Shown here: positions 29,233 through 46,405 of the stretch, in pieces
Layout: each line of letters opens with the position of its first letter
How positions within the stretch are numbered: the stretch's first letter is position 1
DNA from: Eledone cirrhosa
Lineage: Eukaryota
Assembly (NCBI GenBank): GCA_964016885.1
Contig: OZ024749.1
Coordinates: 40,486,001 to 40,550,000 of the forward strand
DNA length: 64,000 bases
Direction: 5' to 3'
The notes under the pieces: generated by a model
Seen by the model: the letters and a program-made list of their open reading frames with translations, nothing else
The model's database searches: none
Told to the model about the DNA's origin: nothing
Program-made: the position numbers and the translations under genes

Positions 29233-29972
29233 ATACGTTATTTTTCATCTTTTAATTCCAATTGACACCTTTATTACCCTAATTATCTGACCACTAATTA
29301 GCTTTATTATTTCAGCTACTGCTCAGACTATTTGATCTCACCTGTATCTAGCCGACACTTCACCTGAGATTAGCCTCTCTCACCTTAAATTAGCCTCTCT
29401 CACCTGAACCTGAAAGTGTTCTACGTAATGTCTTACCTGAGACTAGCTTCCTTTACCTGAGATTAGCCTCTCTCGCCTGAGATTACCCTCTCTCACCTTA
29501 AATTAGCCTCTCTCACCTGAGAGTGTTCTACCTAATGTCTTATCTAAGACTAGCTTCCCTTACCTGAGATTAGCCTCCCTCACCTTAAATTAGCCTCTCT
29601 CACCTGAAAGTGTTCTACCTAATGTCTTACCTAAGACAAGCTTCCCTTACCTGAGACAGAGAGAATAATCAAATCGAACCCAATACTGAACTGGTACTAT
29701 ATTTATCGATCCCGAAAGGATAAAAGACAAAACTGACTTCGACTGGATTTGAACTCAGAATGTAAAGTAAAGGAACGATTACCATATAGCATTCTATCAG
29801 ACTTTTAACCATCTTTGACAAATCACCTTATATATATATATATATTGTTTATTACATATCACCTTATATATATATATTGTTTATTACATAACTAATAAGC
29901 TCTGTAACCTACATTGAGCACTCTTTTTTCCTGGACCTTTCCGACGGAATTACTTCATTTACACACACACAC

Positions 29973-30006
<34 letters not shown>

Positions 30007-30052
30007 AAATGAAGTAATATATATATATATGTGTGTGTGTGTAAATGAAGTA

Positions 30053-30083
<31 letters not shown>

Positions 30084-30194
30084 GACTTGTCAAAGATGGT
30101 AAAAAGTCGGATAGAATGGTATGTGTGTGTATATACACACACACACACACACACACATACACACACACACACACACAAATACATATATATACAT

Positions 30195-30225
<31 letters not shown>

Positions 30226-30339
30226 TATATACATATATATATATATACATCTGTATATATACATCTGTATATATACATCTGTATATATATATATATGTGT
30301 GTGTATTCTGTTCTCTCTACCCGCTCACACCACCAAACA

Positions 30340-31720
30340 AAATACCACCACAACCACCACACAACCACTATATCACCACCACCATCACTACTACCACCAC
30401 TATACTACTACCGCCACCACCATCACTACCACCATCACTGCTACTACCATCACCACCACCATCACTACTACCACCACTACGCTACTACCGCCATCTTACT
30501 AGCACCACCACCATCACTACAACCACTACCATCACTACTACCTTTACAATACTACTACCACAACCACTGTACTACTACCACCACCACCATCACTACTACC
30601 ACCGCTATCATCACTACCACCACCACCATCACTACCACCACAACCATCATCACTACCACCACCACCATCACTACTATCACAACCATTATCACCACCACCA
30701 CCACTATACTACCACCACCACCATCACTACTACCACCGCTATCATCACTACCACCACCACCATCACTGCTACCACCCCACTATACTACTACCACCACCAC
30801 CATCACTACCACCACTACCATCATCACTACCACCACCACCATCACTACTATCACCCCCACTATACTACTACCACCACCACCACCACCATCATCACCACCA
30901 CTATACTACCACCACTACCACCATCACTACTACCACCACTATACTACCACCACTACCACCATCACTACTACCACCACCACTATACTACCACCACTACCAC
31001 CATCACTACTACCACCACTATACTACCACCACTACCACCATCACTACTACCACCACCACTATACTACCACCACTACCACCATCACTACTACCACCACTAT
31101 ACTACCACCACCACTACCACCATCACTACTACCACCACTATACTACCACCACCACTACCACCATCACTACTACCACCGCTATACTACCACCACTACCACC
31201 ACCGCTATACTACCACCACTACCACCATCACTACTACCACCGCTATACTACCACCACTACCACCATCACTACTACCACCGCTATACCACCACTACCACCA
31301 CTACCACCATCACTACTACCACCACTATACTACCACCACTACCACCATCACTACTACCACCGCTATACTACTACCACCACTACCACCATCACTACTACCA
31401 CCGCTATACTACCACCACCACTACCACCATCACTACTACCACCGCTATACTACCACCACTACCACCATCACTACTACCACCACTATACTACCACCACTAT
31501 ACTACCACCACCACTACCACCATCACTACTACCACCACCACTATACTACCACCACTACCACCACCACTATACTACCACCACTACCACCATCACTACTACC
31601 ACCACTATACTACCACCACTATACTACCACCACCACTACCACCATCACTACTACCACCACCACTATACTACCACCACTACCACCATCACTACTACCACCA
31701 CTATACTACCACCACCACTA
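30340..31720. repeat. (ACC/ACT)n degenerate satellite
   Basis: Direct reading; frame-shifting ctatac units are interspersed. Confidence 0.9.
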
Positions 31721-31772
31721 TTGTCATGTTACAGGAGCCGTCTACTGAACAACAACCAGCTTACCGTCCACC

Positions 31773-31869
31773 ATGTCGTCTGCCAATATGGAAGGTTTAC
31801 TGCAGTTCACTCTCTCTACATCTCTAGTATTTCTCTTACTCAAGGCTAACGGTATTCTGAACCAGACAG
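31773..31869 (+). CDS. Predicted first coding exon (signal peptide/anchor) of the tandem kinase
   Basis: Acceptor ttacag|31735, Kozak ccaccATG, peptide [32 protein letters not shown], phase-1 donor CAG|GTGAGC. Phase-compatible with the acceptor at 37679. Confidence 0.6.
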
Positions 31870-32020
31870 GTGAGCACAGCGGTTACATTTTCTTGGTTTC
31901 ATTTTGTTTTCTCCTTTTTTCTCTTTCATTTTTTTCTTTTAAAACCAGTTTAAGCATCACACATACATACACCATATATATATATATATGTATGTATATA
32001 TATATATATATATGTATATG

Positions 32021-34330
<2,310 letters not shown>

Positions 34331-34367
34331 ATATATATATATATTAAGCATCACACATACATACACC

Positions 34368-34517
<150 letters not shown>

Positions 34518-34535
34518 GCATCACACATACATACA

Positions 34536-34598
<63 letters not shown>

Positions 34599-34673
34599 TG
34601 TATAAATGTATATGTGTGTGTGTATATATATATATATATGTATACATACATACATACATATATACATATATAT

Positions 34674-34777
<104 letters not shown>

Positions 34778-34923
34778 TTGTGAAACTTATATCTTGATAA
34801 GTCTCATGAAAGACAAAGGCGCTAGATTCAAATTATGGACTACGTTTTATCATTACATAATTTTTTTACCCAAGTGATAAACAGTGTTTTATTCATTCTT
34901 CTAACAATTATACCTTATTAATA

Positions 34924-35820
34924 CGAGGCGTGCTCGAAAAGAGACAGGACTGGGGTCGCAAAAAAGTATTTCAAATCCAAACTACAAACTACAAGTTTTC
35001 CCCTTCGAGGCACACCCCCACCACCACCACCACCACCTCGAATCTAACGCACTGTCCCATACTTCTCGGTCACGCCTTCGTGTACTCCTGGAAGAATTCT
35101 ACCGGGATTTTCCGCAGATCCGTCGTCACGGCCTTCATGAGGTTTCCACGTTCGAAAAACGAGTCCTTTTGATGACCCTCTTGAGCTTGGAGAAAAGGAA
35201 ACCGTCTGATTTCGTTTCAAGATGCTGAATGCGCCGTTCCTTCTAGTCCTCGTTCAGCAGCTTCAGTACCATCTTCTCGCAGATCTTCTTCCAAACGTGA
35301 TAATCTTCCAAACGTTGTCGGTGTTTTATGGCCAGCTCTCCTGTGATCAGTCGAACAGTCAACCGATGATCGCCACACACCATCTGCCTCTCGCGTTCAC
35401 GCTCAACGTTGGTGTCGGTCCTGCTCGTAGAAGGCCTTCCGCTCCTGGGGTCGTCTTCCACGTCCTCGCGTCCCTCTTTGAACTTTTTGTACCATTCGAA
35501 AATCCGTGAACTCGATATCGTCTCATCTCTATACACTTGCTGCAGTATTTCGAATGCTTCTGACCGAGTTTTCCCCAACCGGACCAGACGAGAAACCTCA
35601 GGTTGGTTCGTTGCTCTGTGCCCATTGCTTGATGACCTATAACTAAGAAGCTGTTAACAAAAGTACGTGAACAATAAATCATACAATGGCTGCAAGGAAC
35701 TGAGATCCCAGTTATATACTCCCCGGATATTACGTCACACGATGACGCAACTTTCTAATCCCTACCCCACTCATAGCACACACAGCACACTAAGCCCTGT
35801 TACTTTTCTGACACAACTCG
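34924..35820 (-). mobile_element. Internally deleted mariner transposon
   Basis: TA-flanked imperfect TIRs cgaggcgtgctcgaaaag / cttttctgacacaactcg. Minus-strand HTH region EQRTNLRF..EILQQVY..IFEWYKKFKEGREDVEDDPRSGRP. Confidence 0.9.
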
Positions 35821-36187
35821 TATTTTATACCCTCACACATACGCATACGCATATATACCTTCACACAGATGCCCATACATATGTGCACACATGCACTGAT
35901 ACTCATGTTTGTGTGTGTATGTGTGTGTTTTTGTGTGTATGTGTGCACAAACATAGATAAGATTCATTGAAATATTTAGGGACCGGCATCGATAAAAAAC
36001 GTACCAGTTATATACTGGGCTTCGTCGTTGTTGGTAACGTTGTATCAATATAGTGCTCCAATATGATATATATCCCATATACCAGAAAGAGAGGGAGGAG
36101 AACAAATCCCTTAACTACCTGTGGTCGATGGCATCCGTATGTTTTTCTGTTTACGAATTTAAGGTTTTCACATTACGTTATATATAT

Positions 36188-36366
36188 TGGCAGTATCGGT
36201 AGAGGGTCGGACGTCATGCTTTGACGCATAGAGTTACGGCCCTTTCCATTCTGAGTTCAAATCCCGCCGAGGTCAACTTTGCCTTTCATCCTTACGGGGG
36301 GTCGATAAAATAAAGTACCAGTAATGTACTGGGTAATTGCTGGCCTTGTGCCAAAAGTAGAAACAG

Positions 36367-36370
<4 letters not shown>
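36188..36370 (+). mobile_element. tRNA-derived SINE family 1
   Basis: B box gagttcaaatcc plus conserved body. Further copies at 29685-29800, 40333-40450 and 63150-63340 (all -). Confidence 0.8.
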
Positions 36371-36404
<34 letters not shown>

Positions 36405-36415
36405 GTATGGGGTGA

Positions 36416-36539
<124 letters not shown>

Positions 36540-36676
36540 AGGGTTCAATCGGTGGTTACCACAGTAAGTAAGGAACTCAATACATAGCAGAGTATAAATA
36601 TTTAATATAGAAATGGCTTCTACAGAACTGTTTCATTCGAAGGAAATCATCCGTCCTGTAGAATTCATTTCTATAT

Positions 36677-36731
<55 letters not shown>

Positions 36732-36767
36732 AGAGAGAGAGAGAGAGTGGGGTAGACAGATAGATAA

Positions 36768-36846
<79 letters not shown>

Positions 36847-37199
36847 TACCTAGACTACTATTTCTCTTCCTGATATGCACTAATTATGTGTGTGTGTTTG
36901 CTGGACAATTTTGGACATTACTGGACATCAGCCGACATTGCTAGACATCAACGGACAATGCCGGATGTCGGTGGACAAGATTAGAAATCACTGGACATTG
37001 CTGGAAATTGTGTAAGAACGCCTTCTTAGCAAGGAAAAAAACTGATGTTTTTTTTTTCTTTTCTTATCGGCTGAATCGTGGATTATAACAAAATGGCGCC
37101 GAAATCTATCGGTGAATAATGTTCTTTTGAGAATATTTTCAACACAAACGAAACAGCTTTATTTTCGTACAATGCTCAAACATCGTTATTTGTTTTCAG

Positions 37200-37290
37200 A
37201 ATGTAAAATGCCAGAGGATTTAAATGTTCAAAAGAGCGACTGTCAGTTTTTTGTTTCGTTAATATGACTGACCAGAAATGACAGCTTCTA
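37200..37290 (+). other. Candidate alternative 5' exon (UTR + ATG ACA GCT TCT A) of the tandem kinase
   Basis: Acceptor ttttcag|, donor cta|GTGAGT, and ATG at 37278 in frame with the 37679 exon. Upstream are AAAATGGCG (YY1-like) at ~37090 and a possible donor at 37111. Confidence 0.4.
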
Positions 37291-37678
37291 GTGAGTGTTA
37301 AAAGTAAAAATGTTCGGTGTTTTAAAGCTGTCAAAATTGTACCTGTTCGTTACTGTTCTAATATTAATGTTACTAAATTCTTTTGATACCAAGCCGCCCT
37401 GGTTCTATGACGAAAACCCGTTTGTCTTAAAATGTTTATATTTGAAATTAAATATTTCATTATAAGTTATGCTCCCAAACATCAACTTTAATATTGAGAA
37501 TATTATTAAATCCCTCAAAGGTTTTATCCTTTAAAAGTTTTATTAAAAAATCTTACGAATAGAGGCTTGTTCGAAAATTATATTTCAAATTCTGCACACA
37601 CACATCCTCTCCAATTTGATCCCTACTCTAAGATTTGCCGAGCCCTGTTCTAATAATTCCTCTTTTGTTCTATTTCAG

Positions 37679-39588
37679 CAGTCTTGGGAAGCAATGTGAT
37701 GTGTAATTCTACTAATACTTGCTGTCCAAAATGGAATGGTAAATGTTGCTGTGGGTTTAACTACCAAGTCCTAATGAAATCTTTACCGAAAAGTCGGGAT
37801 GGAAGTGAGAATGGAGATTGTACAAAAAGTCAGAAGAGCAACAAAACCAAGACAGGAAGTCGATTCTCTACACCCAGAAGTTACAGAGATTATGAAATCA
37901 AAGACATTTCAGATATATTCCTGCAATATAATTACAGCTACCAAAATATTCCGCCTAGCCTGGCACACATAGGGACGGAACTCCTTGACGCCGAATCTGT
38001 TCGTTATTTCCGTGATTACGATGACGAGGTTGTGTTCCTTGGTAAAGGTTCTTTTGGTGAGGTTTACCTAGCGGAAATGGCAGTGAGCAAACAAGTGGTA
38101 GCTGTGAAACTGTTCCTTGATTCTGATTACTTGGACATTATATCGGAAGTAATAATCACGCAGTATCTATCGAATACGGGCGTGATACCAAAAATCTTAG
38201 GTTTACTTCCAACTGGTCTTATGTCGAGCAACTTATCGTTAGTTCAAGAGTACATAAGTGGTATGACCCTTGAGGATCATCTAAACGAAGAGAACGAGAC
38301 TGCGTTAACGGCTGTGAATTGGTTAAACATATCCCTACAGTTGACAGCAGGTTTACAGAAGATACATCAACAATACGTCCTTCTTAACGACATCCATGAA
38401 GGAAATGTTCTTATAGAACAGCCATATCTACGAGTCGTCTACATCGACATGGGACATGCCACCTTCCGATCAGGTTATAAATATAAAAACTACAACGGAT
38501 CTTTGTACACTTACGAACATTTGGCCCCAGAGCTGCGAAAAAGCCAGCCAGGGACTCCTGCATCAGATGTTTATAGCCTGGGTTCTTTAATTAGTCGTAT
38601 CAGTAATATTAGCCACATTGAAGAGCTGCAGAAACTTGCTAACCAATGCTTACTAACAGATCCTTCTTCTCGCCCGACTTTGAGTAATCTAACAGTTTCG
38701 ATGAAAGAGTTATTCAGGAAAGAAAAACAGAAGTTAGAACGAAATAAAATCAAATTCCCGGCATATTTCACCAACACGAAGCAAAGAAACTATTCCCCTT
38801 TAATTCAATATAATGTGCCAATACTCGGTCCAAACGCCATCAGCGCCATTGAAAATGATTCCTCTCGAGATAGCGCCATTGTTAATATGTACGCATCGTT
38901 AGGAGAGACTAAATTACAAGTCGGTCATTTCATAAAATGCAATTGTCAAGTAATGATCCGTTCCTATGAGAATGGATCGTTCGTGAGAATACTCGAAGAA
39001 TCTCGAATTCTGTTACATTTAAAAGATACGGGGGCTGTGTTTCCATTCCACGGTCTGTTGTCTACTGGGAGCCTCTTGGACGAATTTGAAATAGTTCAGT
39101 CATATTTCGTAAAAATGGTGTCCGTGGCCAATATTCTCTACTATTATCCGCTCCGTCTTTCCGATGCAGAAATTTTAGTTTTTTTCATTCACGTTGCCAT
39201 ACATCTCCTCGAAATACACCGCAGGGAGGTCTTACTTAACTATTTAAACGAATATAACATTATGATTGACCCAGAAAACACGAAAAACCCCGTCTGGTTT
39301 AGCGACCTCTCGCGAGCCACATACAATGAGGCATACGTGTTTCCGGTTCATGAGACAGACATGAGCGACTTTATATTCCTAGCGCCGGAAGTGAGGGCCG
39401 GTTCCCCGACGTCTCCGGCCAGCGATATTTACAGTTTATGCTACGTCTATCAACAAGCGATTGACCGTCTTAACGGACGAACTCGTTTAAAACTACTGCA
39501 ACACTGTCTAGCTGACGACCCTGAAGTGCGGCCTTCTCTGCCAGAAATGATCATATATCTGCGGACGCTGGCTCATTCCCTTCAATAG
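37679..39588 (+). CDS. Tandem kinase-pseudokinase, large terminal exon
   Basis: Domain 1: LGKGSFGEVY, VAVK, LLNDIHEGN, DMG, LAPE, SDVYSLG, DPSSRP. Domain 2: no Gly loop, VMIR, LLNYLNEYN, DLS, LAPE, SDIYSL, DPEVRP. Acceptor tttcag|cag; AATAAA at 39622. Confidence 0.92.
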
Positions 39589-39812
39589 TAAACAAACTTC
39601 ATGTGAAGAAAACAAAGACAAAATAAACGAACTGATAAAAATTAAAATGAAGTAACTAATATGAGACTAAAAGCTAGTCACCATCGCCTTTCTATCTATC
39701 TCTTTATCTCTCTCTTTACATCAACCTATATATATATATATACACATACACACACACATATATATATATATACACATACACATATATATGTATATATGTA
39801 TGTGTGTATATG

Positions 39813-39844
<32 letters not shown>

Positions 39845-39912
39845 CACATACACACACACACACATATATATATATATACACATACACATATATATGTATA
39901 TATGTATGTGTG

Positions 39913-39950
<38 letters not shown>

Positions 39951-40004
39951 CACACACATATATATATATACACATACACATATATATATGTATATATGTA
40001 TGTG

Positions 40005-40049
<45 letters not shown>

Positions 40050-40141
40050 TATTTATACGTACATACATATACGTATAAATACTTATATTTAGGTATCAGC
40101 CGTACTAAGAGTGAGAAAGGAAATTTCGTTTCATTCTTTTC

Positions 40142-40172
<31 letters not shown>

Positions 40173-40199
40173 CTGTCTGTCTGTACATACATACATACA

Positions 40200-40320
<121 letters not shown>

Positions 40321-40452
40321 ATTATTATTATTAATTGTTTCTACTTTTGGCACAAGGCCAGCAATTATCTCAGTGTATTACTGGTACTTTATTTTATCGA
40401 CGCCTTAAGGATGAAAGGCAAAGTTAACCTCGGCGGGTTTTGAACTCAGTCC

Positions 40453-40668
40453 GTATTAATGTCTGCTAGCTAGACAGTTGATCGCTACCGTATGTTTCAA
40501 AGCATGCCACTGTATTAACGATAACGTTTAATCATGGTCTACTTGGGGATGCTTTACATCTACTTATATTCCTATTAGTTCCAAGTAGACCATAAAACTT
40601 TGTGGCTAATACAGGAGCATGCTTTGAAACATACGGTAGAAATCAACTGTCCTGAGCAGACGTTAATA
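40453..40668. mobile_element. Imperfect fold-back MITE-like element
   Basis: Arms taatgtctgct..gacagttgat..taccgtatgtttcaaagcatgc..atggtctacttgg and their reverse complement. Confidence 0.6.
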
Positions 40669-40818
40669 TTTAATATTTCAGCTCTGTTGATAACATAGAA
40701 TGTTCTTTACCCTTCCTTATCCCTCGAATATACGGTAAACTAAACCCCATATTTCTCGCACTCTAAACCATTCCTTCGTATGTTTTTCCATTCTTCTCTC
40801 TATCTATCTATCTATCTA

Positions 40819-40920
<102 letters not shown>

Positions 40921-40992
40921 TCCTCTCTCTTTCTCTCTATTACTCTCTCTTTCTATGTATCTCACTCTCTCTATATATATATATATCCATTA

Positions 40993-41032
<40 letters not shown>

Positions 41033-41273
41033 CTCCCCTCTCTCTCCTCTCTCTCCCTCTCCCTCTTCATTACTCTGTCATCCCTCACACTCTCTCTCTC
41101 TCTCTCACTCACTTTTCTACTTCCTCCTCCTTTATTGTTGCTATTTCTCGAACAAATTTCATTGACCGTTTTGAGTTTTTATTTAAAATTATCCGGAAAC
41201 AATTATTTTATCTAAATACAATTTTGAGAGAAAAAATATTGAAACTCCATCTAAATTGTTTGTCTAAGTTAAT

Positions 41274-41339
<66 letters not shown>

Positions 41340-41500
41340 CACATATATATATGTGTGTGTTTGTGTGAATATGTATATATGTATATGTATAAAAGAGAAA
41401 ACACAGGTAAGCATTAAGAGAAGGATTTTAAGAACTGGATCACAATAAGCAATTTTTTTGCTTCTCTAACTATATGTATATGTATATGTATATATATATA

Positions 41501-41542
<42 letters not shown>

Positions 41543-41546
41543 TGTG

Positions 41547-41750
41547 TACGAAATTGTCGTCTGAAAGGTTCATAGGTTGACCAAGATACTCTCATGGAAT
41601 GACCAAATGAGGTTTATTTTTCAACATAGTCGCTGGAAAGAAATAATGCACTTATTAATAAGAAAAGTTGAAATCAATGCATATAAGATTTCACAGCACT
41701 AACATCACTCCTTCATAGTCAGCCTATGAACCTTTCAGCCGAGCCTCTTA
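41547..41750. mobile_element. Mariner-derived MITE
   Basis: TIRs ctgaaaggttcataggttga / tcagcctatgaacctttcag, with TA at the ends. Confidence 0.65.
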
Positions 41751-41840
41751 CACGTCAACAATGTTGCTGTTGTAGTTGTTGTTTCTGTTGTAATTGTTGT
41801 TGTTGCTGTTGTTGTAGTTGTCATTACTGTTGTAATTGCT

Positions 41841-41871
<31 letters not shown>

Positions 41872-42190
41872 GGTAGTTGTTCTTATTTATTCTCAGGTGA
41901 GTCGTGATTTACCAAACACATTATTAAAGCCGCTCCATGTTTGACCACCCTGTCATATTTTTAAAGCATGACTGTTATTTATAGCAAATCACGTAATGAC
42001 ATAGAAGCTTCTGAGTGAGATCGGTATAAATATATATATATATATGTGTGTGTGTGTACATATATATATAAATATATATATATTTGTATATATATAGTAA
42101 TAATAATAAATTTGAAGACTAAAATCCAAAGAGGGCTCGATAAGGATAAATATATATCAAATATATAAGAACCGTAGAACAAATATTTAT

Positions 42191-42322
42191 TAAAATAACA
42201 GATTAAAGTTTAAGCAAAGAATCGCTGCTTTCACCCTTAACGGGATCTTCTGAAATGTTTCAGAAGATCCTGTTAAGGGTGAAAGCAGCGATTCTTTGCT
42301 TAAACTTTAATCTGTTATTTTA
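42191..42322. repeat. Near-perfect fold-back with a hammerhead-like core on each arm
   Basis: CAGAAGA-T-CCY-gttaa-GGG-T-GAAAG-cagcga-TTC. A related fragment lies at 28075-28180. Confidence 0.7.
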
Positions 42323-42424
42323 TTAAATATATATACACACACATATATATATATAAACAACAACGATAAAATAATGTATATATATATATATATATATATA
42401 TTATTTTGTCGTTGTTGTTTAGCT

Positions 42425-43068
42425 ATGTTGGAATGGCGTCACCCGACGTCTCCAAAAGCCCCAACAGTTCAAGGCACAAAAGTCAGCCGGTAAAATCATG
42501 GCAACTGTCTTTTGGGATACTCAAGGAGTGATTCTTATTTATTTCTTGCCAAGAGAGAAACAATTAACTCTGAAGCATATATTGAGACACTAAAAAGACT
42601 AAAAGCAAGAATTCGATGAGTAAGACCCGACTTGGAGATAAATAAAGTTATTCTTCAACACGACAATGCCAGACCTCACACGAGCATGAGGACAAAGGAG
42701 GAAATCACCTCATTCAGATGGACAACTCTGCCGCACCCTCCATACTCACCTGATTTGGCACCATCAGACTACCACATCTTCAGTCCCATGAAAGACGCAT
42801 TTGGAAGGCAACCATTATGGAAATGATGAGGAAGTGAAAACTGCTGTCAAAAATTGGTTTCCTGGGCAGCCAGCAGAGTTTTACGAAGCTCGGATATATG
42901 CCTTCATTCGAAGGTGGAATGTTGCTATCAGAAGAGGTGACGACTATGTTGAGAAGTTGGAATGTGATCCTCTGATGTACAGCTTCATTGTGATGTATAA
43001 TACATTGTGTTTTGTTCTTTATTTTCCTTACAAGAAAACAAAAAGCATTACTTTTTGACTGGCCCTCG
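42425..43068 (+). pseudogene. Mariner transposase catalytic-domain remnant with right TIR
   Basis: SAGKIMATVFWD, LQHDNARPH and HPPYSPDLAPSDYHIF motifs, frameshifted. TIR ttactttttgactggccctcg followed by TA. Confidence 0.92.
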
Positions 43069-43082
43069 TACATATGTATATG

Positions 43083-43206
<124 letters not shown>

Positions 43207-43311
43207 CTCTTTTACTCTTTTACCTGTTCCAGCCATCCGGCTAAGGCATGAACCTAATACCAACACTGTTCGTACTGCACTCTTCGTTATTGTTTTCGTT
43301 TTTTGTCTTTT

Positions 43312-43395
<84 letters not shown>

Positions 43396-43499
43396 ATATT
43401 TATATATATATATATATATATATGTAGTTGTATGGTTGCATGAAAAGTGCGTCCGTAGGCGGTATACCGGTTGAGCACTCGATGCTCGCACAGAGCAGA

Positions 43500-43728
43500 G
43501 TATAACACTATAAGGATAAGAAACAAGGATATTTAATAACATATTACATATGTTTCACTATCGATCAGCTCGAGGCAAGACCTATTATACATCGATTACA
43601 GATGGATTACAGAGTCAGGTTCGATCTATAATAGGTCTTGCCTCGAGCTGATCGATAGTGAAACATATGTAATATATTATTAAATATTTTATGATGCAAC
43701 ACTGAATCCTTGTTCCTTATCCTTATAG

Positions 43729-43737
<9 letters not shown>
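43500..43737. repeat. Fold-back next to (TA)n with a half-hammerhead (GAAAC-ATAT-GTA)
   Basis: Inverted arms tattacatatgtttcactatcgatcagctcgaggcaagacctattata and their reverse complement. Confidence 0.75.
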
Positions 43738-43825
<88 letters not shown>

Positions 43826-44018
43826 CATGCCTTGCACTGTATTCGATTCATTATGGCGGATACTGAGCACAATCCGTCTGTAGATGTATTTTACACGCTT
43901 TTCTAAGTTATTATCTATAGTGAGATGGTTGTTGCGGAGATTTTTATGCATTTGGGATTCCCACATTTTCAAATATATATTTATACGTGTGCTGGTGTGT
44001 GTGTGTGTGTGTGTGTGC

Positions 44019-44053
<35 letters not shown>

Positions 44054-44106
44054 CGTACGTGTGTGTGTGTGTGTGCGTGTGTGTGTGTGTGCGTGTGCGT
44101 GCGTGC

Positions 44107-44141
<35 letters not shown>

Positions 44142-44224
44142 CGTGCGTGTGTGCGTGTGTGTGTGTGTGCGTGCGTGCGTGTGTGTGCGTGCGTGTGTGT
44201 GTGTGTGTGTGTGCGTGTGCGTGC

Positions 44225-44307
<83 letters not shown>

Positions 44308-44649
44308 TGTGTGCGTGTGTGCGTGTGTGCGTGTGTGTGTGTGTGGATATAATCATGTTATAACAAGACCAGAGAGCATTACCAAACGTTGACCACGCAC
44401 GCACATAACACACATAACACACATAACACACACACACACTCACATAACATACACACACAGACACAACGCACATGACACTCACACACGCACACACACATAC
44501 ACACACACACACACATAGAGAATAATCCACCCTCTACCTCCCTCTCTATAGACTTCAGTGACAAGCTGACAAGTTAGATGCGATACCCTGTGACGTCATT
44601 CGTCTCTTTTATGTTTTGTTGTTGTTGGGAATTTGTTTGAAGGGGGGGG

Positions 44650-44869
44650 CTGGTAGTGGTGGTGCTGGTGGTGCTGGTGGTGCTGGTGGTGGTGGTGCTG
44701 GTGGTGCTGGTGGTGGAGCTGGTGGTGCTGGTGGTGGTGCTGGTGGTGGTGATGGGGCTGGTGGTGGAGCTGGTGGTGATGGTGGCAGTGGTGGCAGTGG
44801 TGATGACGATAGTAGTGGCGGTGGTGGCGGTGGTGCTGGTGGTGGTGCTGGTGCTTTTGCTGGTGGTGG

Positions 44870-44917
<48 letters not shown>

Positions 44918-45240
44918 TTGTGGTGGTGGTGATGGTGGTGGTGTTGGTGGTGGTGGTGCTGCTGATGCTGGTCGTTGTGCTGGTCGTTGTGGTAGCGGTG
45001 GTGGTGGTGGTGGTGATGGTGGTGATGTTGGCGTTGGTGGTGGTGGTGGTGATGGTGCTGGTGCTGGTGCTGGTCGTTCTGGTGGTGGTGATGGTAGGGG
45101 TGTTGGTGTTGATGGTGTTGGTGGTGTTGGAGCTGGTCGTTGTGGTTGTGGTGGTGGTGGTGATGGTAGGGGTGTTGGTGTTGATGGTGTTGGTGGTGGT
45201 GTTGGAGCTGGTCGTTGTGGTTGTGGTGGTTGTTGTGGTG
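44650..45240. repeat. (GGT/GCT)n degenerate microsatellite
   Basis: Direct reading of the sequence. Confidence 0.85.
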
Positions 45241-45329
45241 GAAAACTAAAGAAAAGGGTATGGGCAGATCGGGGCCTTCATTTAGTAACTAAACTATACA
45301 TAGAGCATGCGTGCTAACTGTATTACTGT

Positions 45330-46405
45330 AATGATCTAAGGTATGGACAACCTATAGGCGGCACATAAAATGGCTAGAAAGGTCCCATCAAAACTGTCTT
45401 CGACAGAATTTAGGAATTATGTGGATGTCTTTGACACTATATTCAGAAGTACTGAAGAGAGCTAGTCGTGAAAGTAATGAAAATTTGATTGTTTACAGCC
45501 AGACGTGTTGGACTGGTTATGTTATCAGGATGGTGAACTTTTTAATAAAATGAAGCCAAATCATATAGATATTAGAAATTGGGAGTTCTTAGCAAAGAAC
45601 AGAATAGGTTGATAAAAGATGGTTGTGAGAAGTTTGTGGCAAAACACATCAAACATAATCAAAAGATCCTTACGAAAGGGAGTAAACAGATTTCATTAGT
45701 TCTGCATAGATATTCTCCTTTTCACTAATCGTTAATATTATATTGACAGCTAACTTCCACTACTGTGCATGCCTTCTTTTCCCTGTCCCATAGCATTATA
45801 TATGGTCCGTTGTGCTTGCATTTTATTGGGGGTTTACTGGAACATTCCACCACTACTCTTTCATAGTATGTATGTGTATGTCTTCCACATTGCTGTAACT
45901 TTTAATATGTTTATTGTCGGAGTTATCCTTTCTACGGATTTCATTGTATAGTGTTTTGGCTCCTACATCATGCCTCATAGGTAGATAGTACCATGATTAC
46001 ATTTTTCCTGAATATTTCAATCCAAAATTTAGATGTAATATGTACAAAAAAGCACTGCTTCCTAGATCTAGTCTCGTTAATCACCAAAAGTCACATTTGG
46101 TTGGTGAGACCCAAGCTGACTAAGATGATCTTTTGCCGCGGATGCCAGATAATTATGTTTGTCATATCTGTGGGAAAATCTGTCGTTCTCGAAGTGGTCT
46201 GACTAGACACTTTAATCGACATGACCAGGGCCGGAATATTCGTTTTAAGTGTAATATTTGTGAGAAAATATGCGGCTCTAGGGGGTCGGTCTTAAGAACC
46301 ATTTACGTGCCCACAATTGGACACTTATCGACGACTCTTGAAGAGGTGGCAATATTCTGAAAAGAATCAGATATCATCATGAATGTATGTATGTATTATG
46401 TATGT
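45330..46405 (+). pseudogene. Decayed RTE-like LINE 3' remnants
   Basis: HIDIRNWEFLAKNR and C-terminal fingers CHICGKICRSRSGLTRH / CNICEKIC, followed by a (TGTA)n tail as at 14208. Confidence 0.5.

Noticed and set aside
29035-29265. Poly-Glu ORF
   Set aside because: Pure (GAA)n microsatellite.
44616-45317. Gly/Ala-rich ORF
   Set aside because: Degenerate (GGT)n/(GCT)n repeat with a TTG start and no splice or domain support.
46133-46360. C2H2 zinc-finger host gene
   Set aside because: Short and frameshifted, followed by a (TGTA)n tail and preceded by RTE-like remnants; better explained as a LINE C-terminus.
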